DNA from: Chiloscyllium plagiosum
Lineage: Eukaryota
Assembly (NCBI RefSeq): GCF_004010195.1
Contig: NC_057753.1
Coordinates: 4,874,887-4,895,493 of the forward strand
Reading direction: 5' to 3'
DNA: 20,607 nt
The notes under the pieces were generated by a model, which searched no databases, was not told the DNA's origin, and saw only the letters and a program-made list of their open reading frames with translations. Each line of letters opens with the position of its first letter. The first letter of the stretch is position 1. A program made the position numbers and the translations under genes. Positions 1 through 9,252 of the stretch are shown one piece after another.

Positions 1-621
1 TTGGAAGGCTAATGCAATGATGGCATTTATTTTGAGAGGATTTGAATATAAAAGCAGGGATGTACTTCTGAGGCTCTATAAGGCTCTGGTCGGACATTTG
101 GAGTATCGTGCGCAGTTTTGGGCCCCATATCTCAGGATGGATGTACTGGCCCTGGAGTGTGTACAGAGGAGGTTCACCAGAATGGTCCCAGGAATGAAAA
201 GCTTAATATATGAGGAACTTTTGAGGACTCTGATGAAGTTTAGAAGGATGAGGGAGGATCTATTGAAACATACACATTACTGATTGGCCTGGACAGAGTG
301 GATGCTGGGAAGATGTTCCCATTGGTAGGACAGACTAGGACCTGAAGGCATAGCCTTGGAGTAAAGGGAATACCTTTTAGAAAAGAGGTAAGGAGAAATG
401 TCTTCAGCCAGACAGTGACAAATCTATGGAATTCACTGCCAGAGAAGGCTGAGGAGGCCAGGTCTTTGACTATGTTGAAGGCTGAGATAGATAGGTTCTT
501 GAGTATCAAGGGTTATGGAGAAAAAGTGGAAGAATGGGGTTGAGAAATTTTTCAGCCATGATTGAATGGCTGAGCAGACTGGATGGGCTGAATGGCCAAA
601 TTCCTGCTCCTCTGTCTTATG
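1..621 (+). mobile_element. CR1/HER1-type LINE, 3' fragment (ORF2 C-terminus plus 3' tail)
   Basis: Translation AFILRGFEYKSRDVLLRLYKALV..HLEY..QFWAPYLR..D...LE.VQRRFTRMVPG is the CR1 ORF2 C-terminal region. Ends in a typical tail GGGCTGAATGGCC..TTCCTGCTCCT. Frameshifted. Confidence 0.92.
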
Positions 622-869
622 ATACGAGGTTACAGCTGGGACAGTGACCGACTGGATTGGACAGGTGCATGCACTCAATGGACAAATGATCTTGTCTGAG
701 TCATATTGACTCAATCATACTTTGTCATCTGATCCACAGAGTACAAAGATCTTTCAGGTCGACCTGTGTTACAATCCTTCCAAGGCCATTAGATCCTTCT
801 GAAGGTATGCTATCCACAGCAGAACACATTTCTCCAGATGCGCTCTAACCAGGGTTTGTTGCATTTCTG

Positions 870-1030
870 TGCAACTCTCACTGATACTTGAAATCTTTTC
901 CCACGGATAAGCAAACAAACCTTTCCCTTCCACATTCAGAGGAGGATGACATTCAGGTCCTGGGTGGATCCAGCCAATCTGTTAAATCTTGATGTGGCGT
1001 TTGGTCTCTCAACCCTCGACTTCCAGGACC
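870..1030 (-). pseudogene. Vestigial zinc-finger gene exon-start module A (probably non-coding 5' exon of a gene lying left of the window)
   Basis: Minus strand: branch-like CACTGAC, acceptor CCTACAG|G at 1031/1030, then GCCACATCAAGATTT..ACCTGAATGTC..TGAATGTGGAAGG. This matches the start of the intact ZNF exon (GCCACATCAGGATCT..ACCTGAATGTC..TGAACATGGACGG) and is followed by a decayed finger-like stretch. Confidence 0.6.
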
Positions 1031-1134
1031 CTGTAGGTTTACAAAATTCCTCACCGTCAGTGCAAAATAGAAAAATCAGGAGAGACAAAGATTTCTCTTG
1101 GTTCCAGGTTGCTGTGTGCAACGCCTCTCTCCTC

Positions 1135-1620
1135 CCTTACCAGCCGCAGAACAGGTTAGCGCGTGCGCCCTGCCGAAACTTGCCCCCTACAAACATGTCG
1201 ACCGCGCAGGCGCCCTGATGTCCCGCTGCCCCCAACAAAGTTGGCGGGGGGGGGTCCCGTGCCTGAGCAAAAAGGAGAAACACAGTAATGTCGCCCCTCG
1301 CTGCGAGGAAGGGGGGGGGAACCGATCCTCTCTCAATTCTGCGCCTGTAACCTTCACTTAGGCTTTATGAAAACTTTCTTGCCCACCTCGCTTGCTCTAA
1401 CCCTTCCTCCGCCGCCTACTTCTATTGTTTTTTTCTGTCACACGTCGCCATTTCCCCACCACTTCGTCCAGCTCCAATCACAGTCTGACAACGCGCATGC
1501 TCGGATCCCGATGTGACACTGCGCATGCCCGAGGCCAGGCCGTCCGCACACCCTCATCCCAACCGCCCCGCGCATGCGTCCGGGCCCGAGCCAAGTTCGA
1601 TTCTCATGTTCGTCCCGCTG
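1135..1620 (-). promoter_or_regulatory. CpG-island promoter/first exon cassette A
   Basis: CpG-rich. GCGCATGC (NRF1-like) at 1493, 1521 and 1570; CCAAT at 1474-1478; aligns with cassettes B and C; candidate minus-strand donor CTG|GTAAGG at 1141/1140. Confidence 0.7.
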
Positions 1621-1650
1621 TGAATGCTGGGTAAAAACTTGGCCATTGAA

Positions 1651-1966
1651 TTAGATTCAGGTTAAATTAGATTCCCTGCAGAGTGGAAACAGGCCCTTCG
1701 GCCCAACCAGTCCACACCGACCCTCTGAAGAGTAGCCCACCCAGACCCATTTCCCTCTGACTAATGCACCTAACACTACGGGCAACTTAGCATGGCCAAT
1801 TCACTTGAGCTGCACACCTTTGGACTGTGGGAGGAAACCGGGGCACCCGGAGGAAGCCCACGCAGACACAGGGAGAACGTGTTAACTCCACACAGTCAGT
1901 TGCCCAAGGCTGGAATCGAACCTGGGACCCTGGTAGCAGTGCCAATCACTGAGCCGCCGTGTCGCC
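1651..1966 (-). mobile_element. HE1-type tRNA-derived SINE
   Basis: Minus strand begins GGCGACACGGCGGCTCAGTG (A box) and has GGTTCGATTCC (B box), conserved core GGGTGCCCGGTTTCCTCCCACAGTCCAAAG and an AATCT tail. Confidence 0.92.
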
Positions 1967-2144
1967 TATTGCATTGCAATGGGACAGAAAATTATATCGT
2001 TTGCTTCAAACGATTGTAGCCAGAGAGCCAAGACATGAGACTGTTCAGTCTATTGACACAGCAACCAAGGTGCACCAGCTCTCCACCACAGTTCTACACA
2101 GCAGGAGAAACTGTTAGATAGAAATTCACTGGAGTCACAAGTGA

Positions 2145-2363
2145 AAGGAAGCAAAATGAACAAATTGCTGGATAAACTCAAGCAGGCTTGGCAGCACGGC
2201 TGAAGAGAAAACAGAGTTAAAGTTTCAAGTCCAATGGCAATACTTTGGAACTGTTAACTCAGTTTCCTCTTCACAGATGCTGCCAGACCCACTGAGTTTC
2301 TCCAGCAATTTAAGTTTTCAGTTTCAGATTTCCAGCTTCTGCAGTTCTTTGATTAGTGATGAT
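2145..2363. mobile_element. Fold-back mini-element derived from a Penelope-like terminus (family A), decayed
   Basis: Arms AAATTGCTGGATAAACTCA..GGCAGCA..GAGTTAA and TTAACTC..GATGCTGCC..TGAGTTTCTCCAGCAATTT are inverted. Similar to 7345-7480 and 12313-12601. Possible TSD CAAGTGA at 2138 and 2364. Confidence 0.7.
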
Positions 2364-2727
2364 CAAGTGATTTTATGTTCCACGCTCAGAGCATCCAGAC
2401 TTTATCTTGACAGTAAGAATGAGCTGGCTGTAGACCACATTCTGGGATCTTTTAAAGACTGGCTGTAGGTGGGGAAGTGAGTAATGTCTTTCACGTACAA
2501 AAAGCAACTGAATGGTGCTACTGCATCAGCTAATTACCGAATAGTTAAATAATTTTACACTTCCACATGGACAGCTGTCTTCACAAGTTTCCAACACAGA
2601 TGTCAATCTCACTGATAATGGGTTCCACATTCTCATCACTGTCCAACAACATATGCTCTAACCTGAAATTTTAAAAAACTAGAAATTCCAGAAGACTCAG
2701 CAAATCTATCAACATCTGAGGAGAGGG

Positions 2728-3050
2728 ATTGGATTAGATTCCCTACAGTGCGGAAAACAGGCCCTTCAGTCCAACCAGTCCACACCGACCCTCCGAAGAG
2801 TAACCCACCCAGACCCATTTCCCTCTGACTAATGCACCTAACCCTATGGGGCAATTTAGTATGGCCAATTCACCCTGACCTGCACATCTTTGGACTGTGG
2901 GAGGAAACCGGAGCACCCGGAGGAAACCCATTCAGACACGGGGAGAATGTACAAACTCTACACAGACAATCGCCCAAGGCTGGAATTGAAACTGGGTCCC
3001 TGGTTCTGTGAGGCAGCAGCGCTAACGCTGAGCCACTGTGCCCCCCCCGC
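2728..3050 (-). mobile_element. HE1-type SINE
   Basis: Aligns over its full length with the other SINE copies; A/B boxes and AATCT tail on the minus strand. Confidence 0.92.
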
Positions 3051-3062
3051 CTTCTTTTTAAC

Positions 3063-3352
3063 GGGCCCTTCATCCCAACAAATCCACACCAACCCTCTGA
3101 AGAGTAGCCCACCCAGACCCATTCCCTTACCTTATATTCACCCCTGACTAATGCACCCAACACTATGAGCAGTTTACCATGGCCAATTCACCTGGACTGC
3201 ACATCTTTGTACTGTGGGAGGAAACCAGAGCAAATCCACACAGAGACAGGGAAAATGTGCAAACTCCACACAGACAACCCAGCGTGGGAATTGAACCTGG
3301 GTCCCTGATGCTGTGAGGCAGCAGTGCTAACCACTGAGCCACCGTGCCACCC
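3063..3352 (-). mobile_element. HE1-type SINE (longer-body variant, tail missing)
   Basis: Minus strand starts GGTGGCACGGTGGCTCAGTGGTTAGCACTGCTGCCTCACAGC; has an extra internal segment (CCCTTACCTTATATTCACCCC on +) relative to the neighbouring copy. Confidence 0.9.
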
Positions 3353-3689
3353 CATGGGAAAAAAAACATTTTCCATTACAAATCTTCACCATGTGACTGT
3401 ACAAACTGTTTTCTCAATCCTCAACTACCACTTAACAGTCGAGTATTTCCACCATTTTCTGTTTTCAATTTGCTTCTTAATAGCATGAGATTAGAATAAT
3501 TAACTTTTAATCTGATTCATTGACAAACAGAAATATCTTCCACATACATATCCTGCAAACCTTTATGGTGGAAATACTGAATATTGGTTACTGGGTGGGT
3601 CCAGCTGTTTTTGTTTTTAAGTCTTCACTTCTGGCTTTGCCTCAAATCTCTCCAAAACACAAAATAAAATTTCCAGATGGACATTAGAA

Positions 3690-3875
3690 GAATGATTTTC
3701 TCATGTGAGACACTAGAAGCAGGGCCACCATTTAAACATAAGGAGTCTTCTATTTAAGGTGGAGTCTCTTTATCTTTTTCCCCCTATTAAAGGGTCCCGA
3801 GTATTCAGAACTCATTTCCTGGACTGTGGGGACGGCAGAGTCATTTAAATTTATTTTTTAAGGCAGGAGGTGGAA
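3690..3875 (+). mobile_element. Old CR1 LINE 3' fragment
   Basis: CTAGAAGCAGGGCCACCATTTAAACATAAGGAG..ATTTAAGG..GGCAGAGTCATTTAAAT..TTTTAAGGCAG resembles the end of CR1 ORF2 seen at 330-490. Confidence 0.55.
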
Positions 3876-3877
3876 AT

Positions 3878-4140
3878 AACCATAGAAAAGGTACAATGTA
3901 GGAAAAGACTGTCCAGTCCGTGTGGTCAAAAAGCAAGCATTCCATTCTAATTCCAGCTTCCAGCACCTCGTCTGTCACCTGGCAGGTTACTGCGCTTACG
4001 GTACAAATCCAGTTACCTTTTCGAGGCAGAGAGAGATTTTCTACAGCGAATTCCAAGCAACCACCATCCACAAGGTGAATAGATCCTTTCCCCACGTCAT
4101 GCCCTGTATACAAAGCCTACCTCATCGACATGCATCAGGA
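3878..4140 (-). mobile_element. Old CR1 LINE 3' end
   Basis: Minus strand GTGGTTGCTTGGAATTCGCTG..CTGGATTTGTAC..GCTGGAAGCTGGAATTAG..TTTCTATG follows the order of CR1 3'-end motifs. Confidence 0.5.
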
Positions 4141-4739
4141 AGGAAAGAGATCTACAAAGTGAACCCATGTGCAAATCAACTGCATACCTTCAAGCAATCC
4201 AAATCCAACTGTTATTGGCTACTTTTACTGATGCCTGGTCTATTCTGTATCTATGTTGCTAATGCTCCTTTCATTCATTAGCTCTTAGATTTGCTCAGCA
4301 GACAGCTCAGTGGCTTCTTTCTAATTTTCCAGTCCATGTTCATTACACAAACACACACAGAATACTGAAGGGAACTTATGTCCTCTTGAGGTTCTGCACT
4401 TTCTTCCTCACGGTTCGTGATGTTTCTTGGCTTCACACCACCTGCAGGTTTTAAAGGCTGCATTTGCGGACACTGTGGAGCATGGACACTACCAGCCATG
4501 AAAATACGAGCTGTGCATTAACGGCTGTGGACGGGGAAGGGTAGGCAGAAGGACAGTGCTGGTAGGGGAGAGATCAGCCTGGAGTTGGTGCAGACCTATC
4601 CCCGTTGCTCTCTCCCCAGCCCTCCAAACCTTAACTCCTACAATGATGGATGGTGTTGCCGGCTTCAAGGCCTACCCCTGTTTGTAACCTGTGTGTGTCC
4701 GGTCGGCTCTGACATTGGATAACGTACGGAAAGGAAACG

Positions 4740-5310
4740 GAGATGATTTGAAGCAATGAGCTGGCCACAATGAACGGGGGACAGCACAGGCAACAGCAAA
4801 CATTTAACAAATGGCTGGAGGAACTGCAACAATTGTTCCGTCCTGTCACAGAAATAAAACGGGAAAGGTAGCCTAGCTATGGCTAACGATGAGAATCAGG
4901 GACAGTATCAGAACCAAGGAAGGGGCATACACGAATGATTACCTTGAAGGTGGCGGGGTGGAGAATAGAGAACCAGAGAAAGCTTTTGGGGAAACAACAG
5001 TCTGTAAAAGTCAGAAGGGTGCTCCCAACGACAGAACCGGGTGGGGTCGAGATCTAGGAACATGCGGTTTGCCATTTGGGATTGGAACGGGCAGGACATT
5101 GGTCACCCAGAGAGCGGTGGGACTGTGGAATTCTCCAGCACAGAAGTTGGTTGAGGCTAAAACACTGAATGTTTTCAAGGAGGGGAGGAATATATCGTTC
5201 TTAGGGCTCAACGGGTGTGGGATGAAAGTGAGAACAGGTTACTTAGTCGGACGATCAGCCGCGATCACACTGAAAGGCCGAACGGTTTCTCTCCAGTGCG
5301 AACGCGATGC
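4740..5310 (+). mobile_element. Internally deleted CR1 LINE, converging tail-to-tail on the ZNF 3' end
   Basis: WLTMRIRDSIRTKEGAY resembles the CR1 EN-RT linker. TQRAVGLWNS..QK.VEAKTLNVFK is the CR1 C-terminus. 5101-5310 aligns with 18671-18900. Confidence 0.75.
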
Positions 5311-5356
5311 TGTTCAATGAGTCAGGAATTCTACAATCCCACGCTATTATTTGACT

Positions 5357-5362
5357 TTTATT
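5357..5362 (-). terminator. Polyadenylation signal AATAAA of the intact ZNF gene
   Basis: TTTATT on + at 5357-5362, about 90 nt past the stop codon on the minus strand. Confidence 0.65.
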
Positions 5363-5454
5363 GGGCCCGATACTCGGGCAGGAGTTTACCAACATCAGCA
5401 GCACCAGTCCATGAACGTGGTTCAGTCCGGGGCGCGATGAAGATCAAAACTCAG

Positions 5455-6249
5455 TCACTGCGGGTGACCGTGAACTCGCTGGTGGGTCAGCAGGTTGGAC
5501 GAACGGGTGAATCTCTTCCCGCACTCGGAGCAGGTGAACGGCCTCTCCCCGGTGTGCACCCGCTGGTGGGTCAGCAGGCTGGACGAGTCAGTAAATCCCT
5601 TCCCACACACCGTGCAGGTGAACGGCCTCTCCCCGGTGTGCATGCGCTGGTGTATTTGCAGGTTGTACGACTGAATGAAGCCCTTCCCGCACTCTGAGCA
5701 GGTGAACGGCCTCTCGCCGGTGTGAACCCGCTTGTGCCGCAGCAGGGCGGACGAATCGGCGAATCCCTTCCCGCACTCTGTGCAGGCGAACGGCCTCTCC
5801 CCGGTGTGGACCCGCTGGTGGGTCAGCAGGTTGGATAGCTGGGTGAAGCCCTTCCCGCACTCGGAGCAGGCGAACGGCCTCTCCCCGGTGTGGACCCGCT
5901 GGTGGGCCAGCAGGGTGGACGAGCGGGTGAAGCCCTCCCCACAGTCGGAGCAGGTGAAAGTCCGCTCCCCAGTGTGGGTGCGCCGGTGCCTCAGGAGAGC
6001 AGATGAGTCCGCAAACCCCTTTTCACACTCGGGGCAGGTGAAGGGCTTCTCCCCGGTGTGACTGCGCCGATGAGTCTCCAGCTTTGACGGGGAAATGAAT
6101 CCCTTCCCACAGTCCCCGCATTTCCAAGGTTTCCGCACGCTGTGACTGCGCTTGTGTCTCGACAGGGCAGACGACTGTCTGAAGCCTCGCCCGCACACCG
6201 GACACATGTACAATTGCTCCCCACTGCGAGTGGGGCTTTGTCCGTCCAT
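5455..6249 (-). CDS. Tandem C2H2 (Kruppel-type) zinc-finger protein, 264 aa, 9 fingers, no effector domain
   Basis: Open frame with nine CxxC-x12-HxxxH fingers, mostly joined by TGE(K/R)PF linkers. ATG at 6249 has good Kozak context (AACATGG). An in-frame TAA lies 9 codons upstream. Stop TGA ends at 5455. Confidence 0.95.
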   Translation of the reverse strand: MDGQSPTRSGEQLYMCPVCGRGFRQSSALSRHKRSHSVRKPWKCGDCGKGFISPSKLETHRRSHTGEKPFTCPECEKGFADSSALLRHRRTHTGERTFTCSDCGEGFTRSSTLLAHQRVHTGERPFACSECGKGFTQLSNLLTHQRVHTGERPFACTECGKGFADSSALLRHKRVHTGERPFTCSECGKGFIQSYNLQIHQRMHTGERPFTCTVCGKGFTDSSSLLTHQRVHTGERPFTCSECGKRFTRSSNLLTHQRVHGHPQ

Positions 6250-6352
6250 GTTCAAAATCCAGCGACATTCAGGTTACCAAAGGCCGGATGGATGGGCTCA
6301 GATCCTGATGTGGCATTCGCACTGTATCTGGCTGCAACTCCTGCGCAAATTG

Positions 6353-6385
6353 CTTAAAACAGGGGAAAAAAGAAATGGGATGAGA
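6353..6385 (-). other. Splice acceptor of the ZNF coding exon
   Basis: Minus strand CCCATTTCTTTTTTCCCCTGTTTTAAG|CAATTT: polypyrimidine tract plus AG. The exon would start at 6352. Confidence 0.7.
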
Positions 6386-7558
6386 GAGTATCCACAACAA
6401 CAAAACCGGCAGGCACAAAAGGTGCATTGGAGCCGAGTCAATCTGTGGGGCTAAAGGCATGGAAAAGAACAGACCACAAGTGCTGCTGCTAGGATGTCTT
6501 GAGCACCACTCAAGTCACTCGCGCCCACCAGCACAGCAAAACTGCCAACCCGTTCTGGGCTGGCACAAGACCCAGGCTTCAGTAGAAGCACTGGGAACAA
6601 AAGAAGCGGTGGTGGTGGTGGTAGAGGTCAGGGTGAAGGAGAGGGACTTTTATAAACGGCTGCATTTACTGCGAATAGGTGATGAAATTAGTACACAGAC
6701 AAAAACACATCAGTGCAAAGGACAGAAACATCAGTTGTCTGTCACAAAGGTATGATTACAAGGTTGCAAGGAACACAGCACGTATATTTAGGGAACAATT
6801 GAAAAGCCAGCCAACCTGTTATCATTCATTTCATGAAAGTTTGAGCTCAAGAATAATGAAGTCTTACAGTAAGAAACTGGCAGCAGTCTGCATGGTTTTT
6901 GCTTCAATCTAAGACAGAACCGTCCTCTCAATAGTGGTTGGGGGGGTGAACATTCTTACAACCATTCATTTAGTACACAAACAAAATCCTGCTCGATCTC
7001 AGTTGTAATGCACAGGTAATGCTGAGAGAGTCTGCACTCGTTGAATGTGGGAATGATAGTTTGTCGATGTCTCTGTGCTGCAGTAAGGGACTCTCCTCTG
7101 CTTTGGCAAATCCCCTAGGATTGAGGAACTGTAGATCTAGACACCACATGCAGATCTACATCAAGGCAGGCTGACATCCTCACAAATTGAGGGCGGACAT
7201 CAGATGCTAACAGTAGTCCTGTTGTAGCCAACTGACATAAAGGAGGTGCCATCTGCAATGGGTGCAGTTCTGAGTTCCACCTTTCATGTTCGGAACAGAT
7301 ATTCACTTCAGAGATGAAAGGTTGGGAGAAATCAATTGGTCAAATAAATCAGAGAACTGCTGATGCTGGAGAACACAAGCAAAAACAGAAATTGCTGAGA
7401 AACCTCAGCAGGTCTGGCAGCGTCTGTGGAAAGGAAGCTGTGTTAACATTTTGAGTCCAGTGACTCTTCATCCTAACTGTTAGCAGTTGGGAAGACTGGT
7501 GGTTGCATTAGCTGCAGAGGTTAGGTGATGGGATTGGGCTGGGAGTGAGCAGATAGGT

Positions 7559-7625
7559 GGAGACAGAGCACAGAGACAGAGAGAAAGAGAGAGACAGAGA
7601 CAGAGAGAGAGACAGAGAAAAAGAG
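7559..7625 (+). repeat. Imperfect (GA)n/(GACAGA)n microsatellite
   Basis: AGACAGAGCACAGAGACAGAGAGAAAGAGAGAGACAGAGACAGAGAGAGAGACAGAG read directly. Confidence 0.9.
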
Positions 7626-7748
7626 TAAACAAGGAGGAAAATAATTGATAGCAGGCCAGGTCTGATGAAGAGCTGAATAAGAGATAACAAAAGCTAAGAG
7701 TGAGAAAATGTGTTGGCTGTGTTGAACGCAACACTTTTTTTAAAAAAG

Positions 7749-8065
7749 AATCCCTACAGTGCGGAAACAGGCCCTTCAGCCCAACAAGTCCACACTGACC
7801 CTCCGAACAGTAACCCACCCAGACCCATTCCCCAACCCTATTATTCTACATTTACCCCTGGCTAATGCACCTAACCTACACATCCCTGAACACTATTGAC
7901 AATTTTAGTATGACCAATTCACCTAACCTGCGCATCTTCAGACTGTGGGAGCACACCCACGCAGACATGGGGAGAATATACGAACTCCACACAGATAGTC
8001 GCCCGAGGCTGGAATCAAACCTGGCTCCCTGACGCTGCGAGGCAGCTGTGCTAACCACCGAGCCA
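7749..8065 (-). mobile_element. HE1-type SINE inserted in the Penelope 3' region
   Basis: Aligns with the other copies; has an internal deletion in the core (GGGAGCACACCCACGC). Confidence 0.9.
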
Positions 8066-8308
8066 TACATATGATGTGATGATGGGCCTGGGAGTACGTG
8101 GGAATGACTGGCTGTGCTAAAAGCAACCCATGTTATATCAGGACCGGGTGTGGGGTGGGTTAAAGAAAGAAAAAGGATGGGAATCAAGGTCTAAAGTTAT
8201 TGAACTCGATGTAGAGTCCTGGAGGCTGCCAAGTGGAAAGTGAGATGCTGTTCTTTGAACTTGCACGAAAGTTCACTAGAGCACTGCAGCGGGCCTGCCA
8301 CAGACATG

Positions 8309-9252
8309 CTGTGATGAGGAGGAGCCGGTGTTGGACTGGGGTGGACAAAGTTAAAAATCACACAACACCACATTACAGTCCAACAAGCACTAGTTTTCAG
8401 AGCACTGCTCCTTCACTGGGCAGCTATGGAGCAGGACGATAAGAAACAGAATTTATAGCAAAAGATTACAGTGTCATGCAACTGAAATTATATATTGAAC
8501 AAACCTAGATTGCTGTTAAGTCTTTCATAAAGTCATAGAGATGTACAGCTCAGAAACAGACCCTTCGGTCCAACCCGTCCATGCCGATCAGATATCCCAA
8601 TCCAATCCAGTCCCACCTGCCAGCACCCGGCACATATCCCACCAAACCCTTCCTATTTATATACCCATCCAAATGCCTCTTAAATGCTGTAATTGTACCA
8701 GCCTCCACCACTTCCTCTGGCAACCCAGTTCACACATGCATCACCCTGTGTGTGAAAACCTTGCCGTTTAGTTGTCTTTTATATCTTTCACCTCTCACCC
8801 TAAACCTATGCCCTCTAATTCTGGATTCCCCGAACCCAGGCAAAAGACCTTGTCTATTTATCCTATCCATGCCCCTCATGATATTATAAACGTCTATAAG
8901 GTCACCCCCTCAGCCTCCGACGCTCCAGGAAACAGCCCCAACCTATTCAACCTCTCCATATAGCTCAAATCCTCCAATCTTTTAGAATGGGTTGCGGGTT
9001 TCGGTTCATTAATATGTAAATCCCAAATCTCCAGAATCTGACTTCAAAGAAGTTCTGGGATTTACATATTAACGAACCAAAACCTGTAACCCATTCTAAA
9101 AGATGACAGACTTAACAGCAACCTATATTTGCTCAATATATCATTTCATTACATGACGCTGTAATCTTGTGCTATAAACTTATGATCCTCTTCCACAACC
9201 ACCTGGTGAAGGAGCAGCGCTCCGAAAGCTAGTGCTTCCAAATAAACCTTTA
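8309..9252. mobile_element. Fold-back Penelope-like terminal element (family B) inserted in the family A element
   Basis: Left arm (about 8385-8530 plus 8980-9025) is the reverse complement of the right arm (about 9055-9237). Flanked by TSD ACAGACATG at 8300-8308 and 9253-9261. Same family as 10684-10869 and 19351-19779. Confidence 0.8.
8530..8979 (-). mobile_element. CR1/HER1 LINE 3' fragment nested in the family B element
   Basis: Reverse complement matches the CR1 at 15650-16497, including tail GGACCGAAGGGTCTGTTTC..CTGTACATCTCTATGAC. Confidence 0.9.

Noticed and set aside
2354..2468. GTGATGA box-C-like motif and a peptide ILCSTLRASRLYLDSK faintly like a tyrosine recombinase
   Set aside because: No suitably placed box D or terminal stem, and the peptide similarity is too short to support without a profile search.
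2582..2665. Minus-strand acceptor TTTCAG followed by LEHMLLDSDENVEPIISEIDICVGNL*
   Set aside because: Exon-like, but no recognisable homology or partner exons; could be chance.
4278..4499. 73-aa minus-strand ORF beginning MAGSVHAPQ
   Set aside because: No recognisable domain, promoter or splice support.
5215..6061. Plus-strand ORFs of 160 and 109 aa, and a shifted-frame minus ORF, over the ZNF
   Set aside because: Shadow frames of a GC-rich repetitive finger array; no independent coding signal.
5455..6210. 84-bp periodicity resembling a repeat-spacer array
   Set aside because: It is the 28-codon C2H2 finger repeat in eukaryotic DNA, not CRISPR.
7126..7159. 9-bp inverted repeat TGTAGATCT / AGATCTACA
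   Set aside because: Too short and isolated to distinguish from chance.
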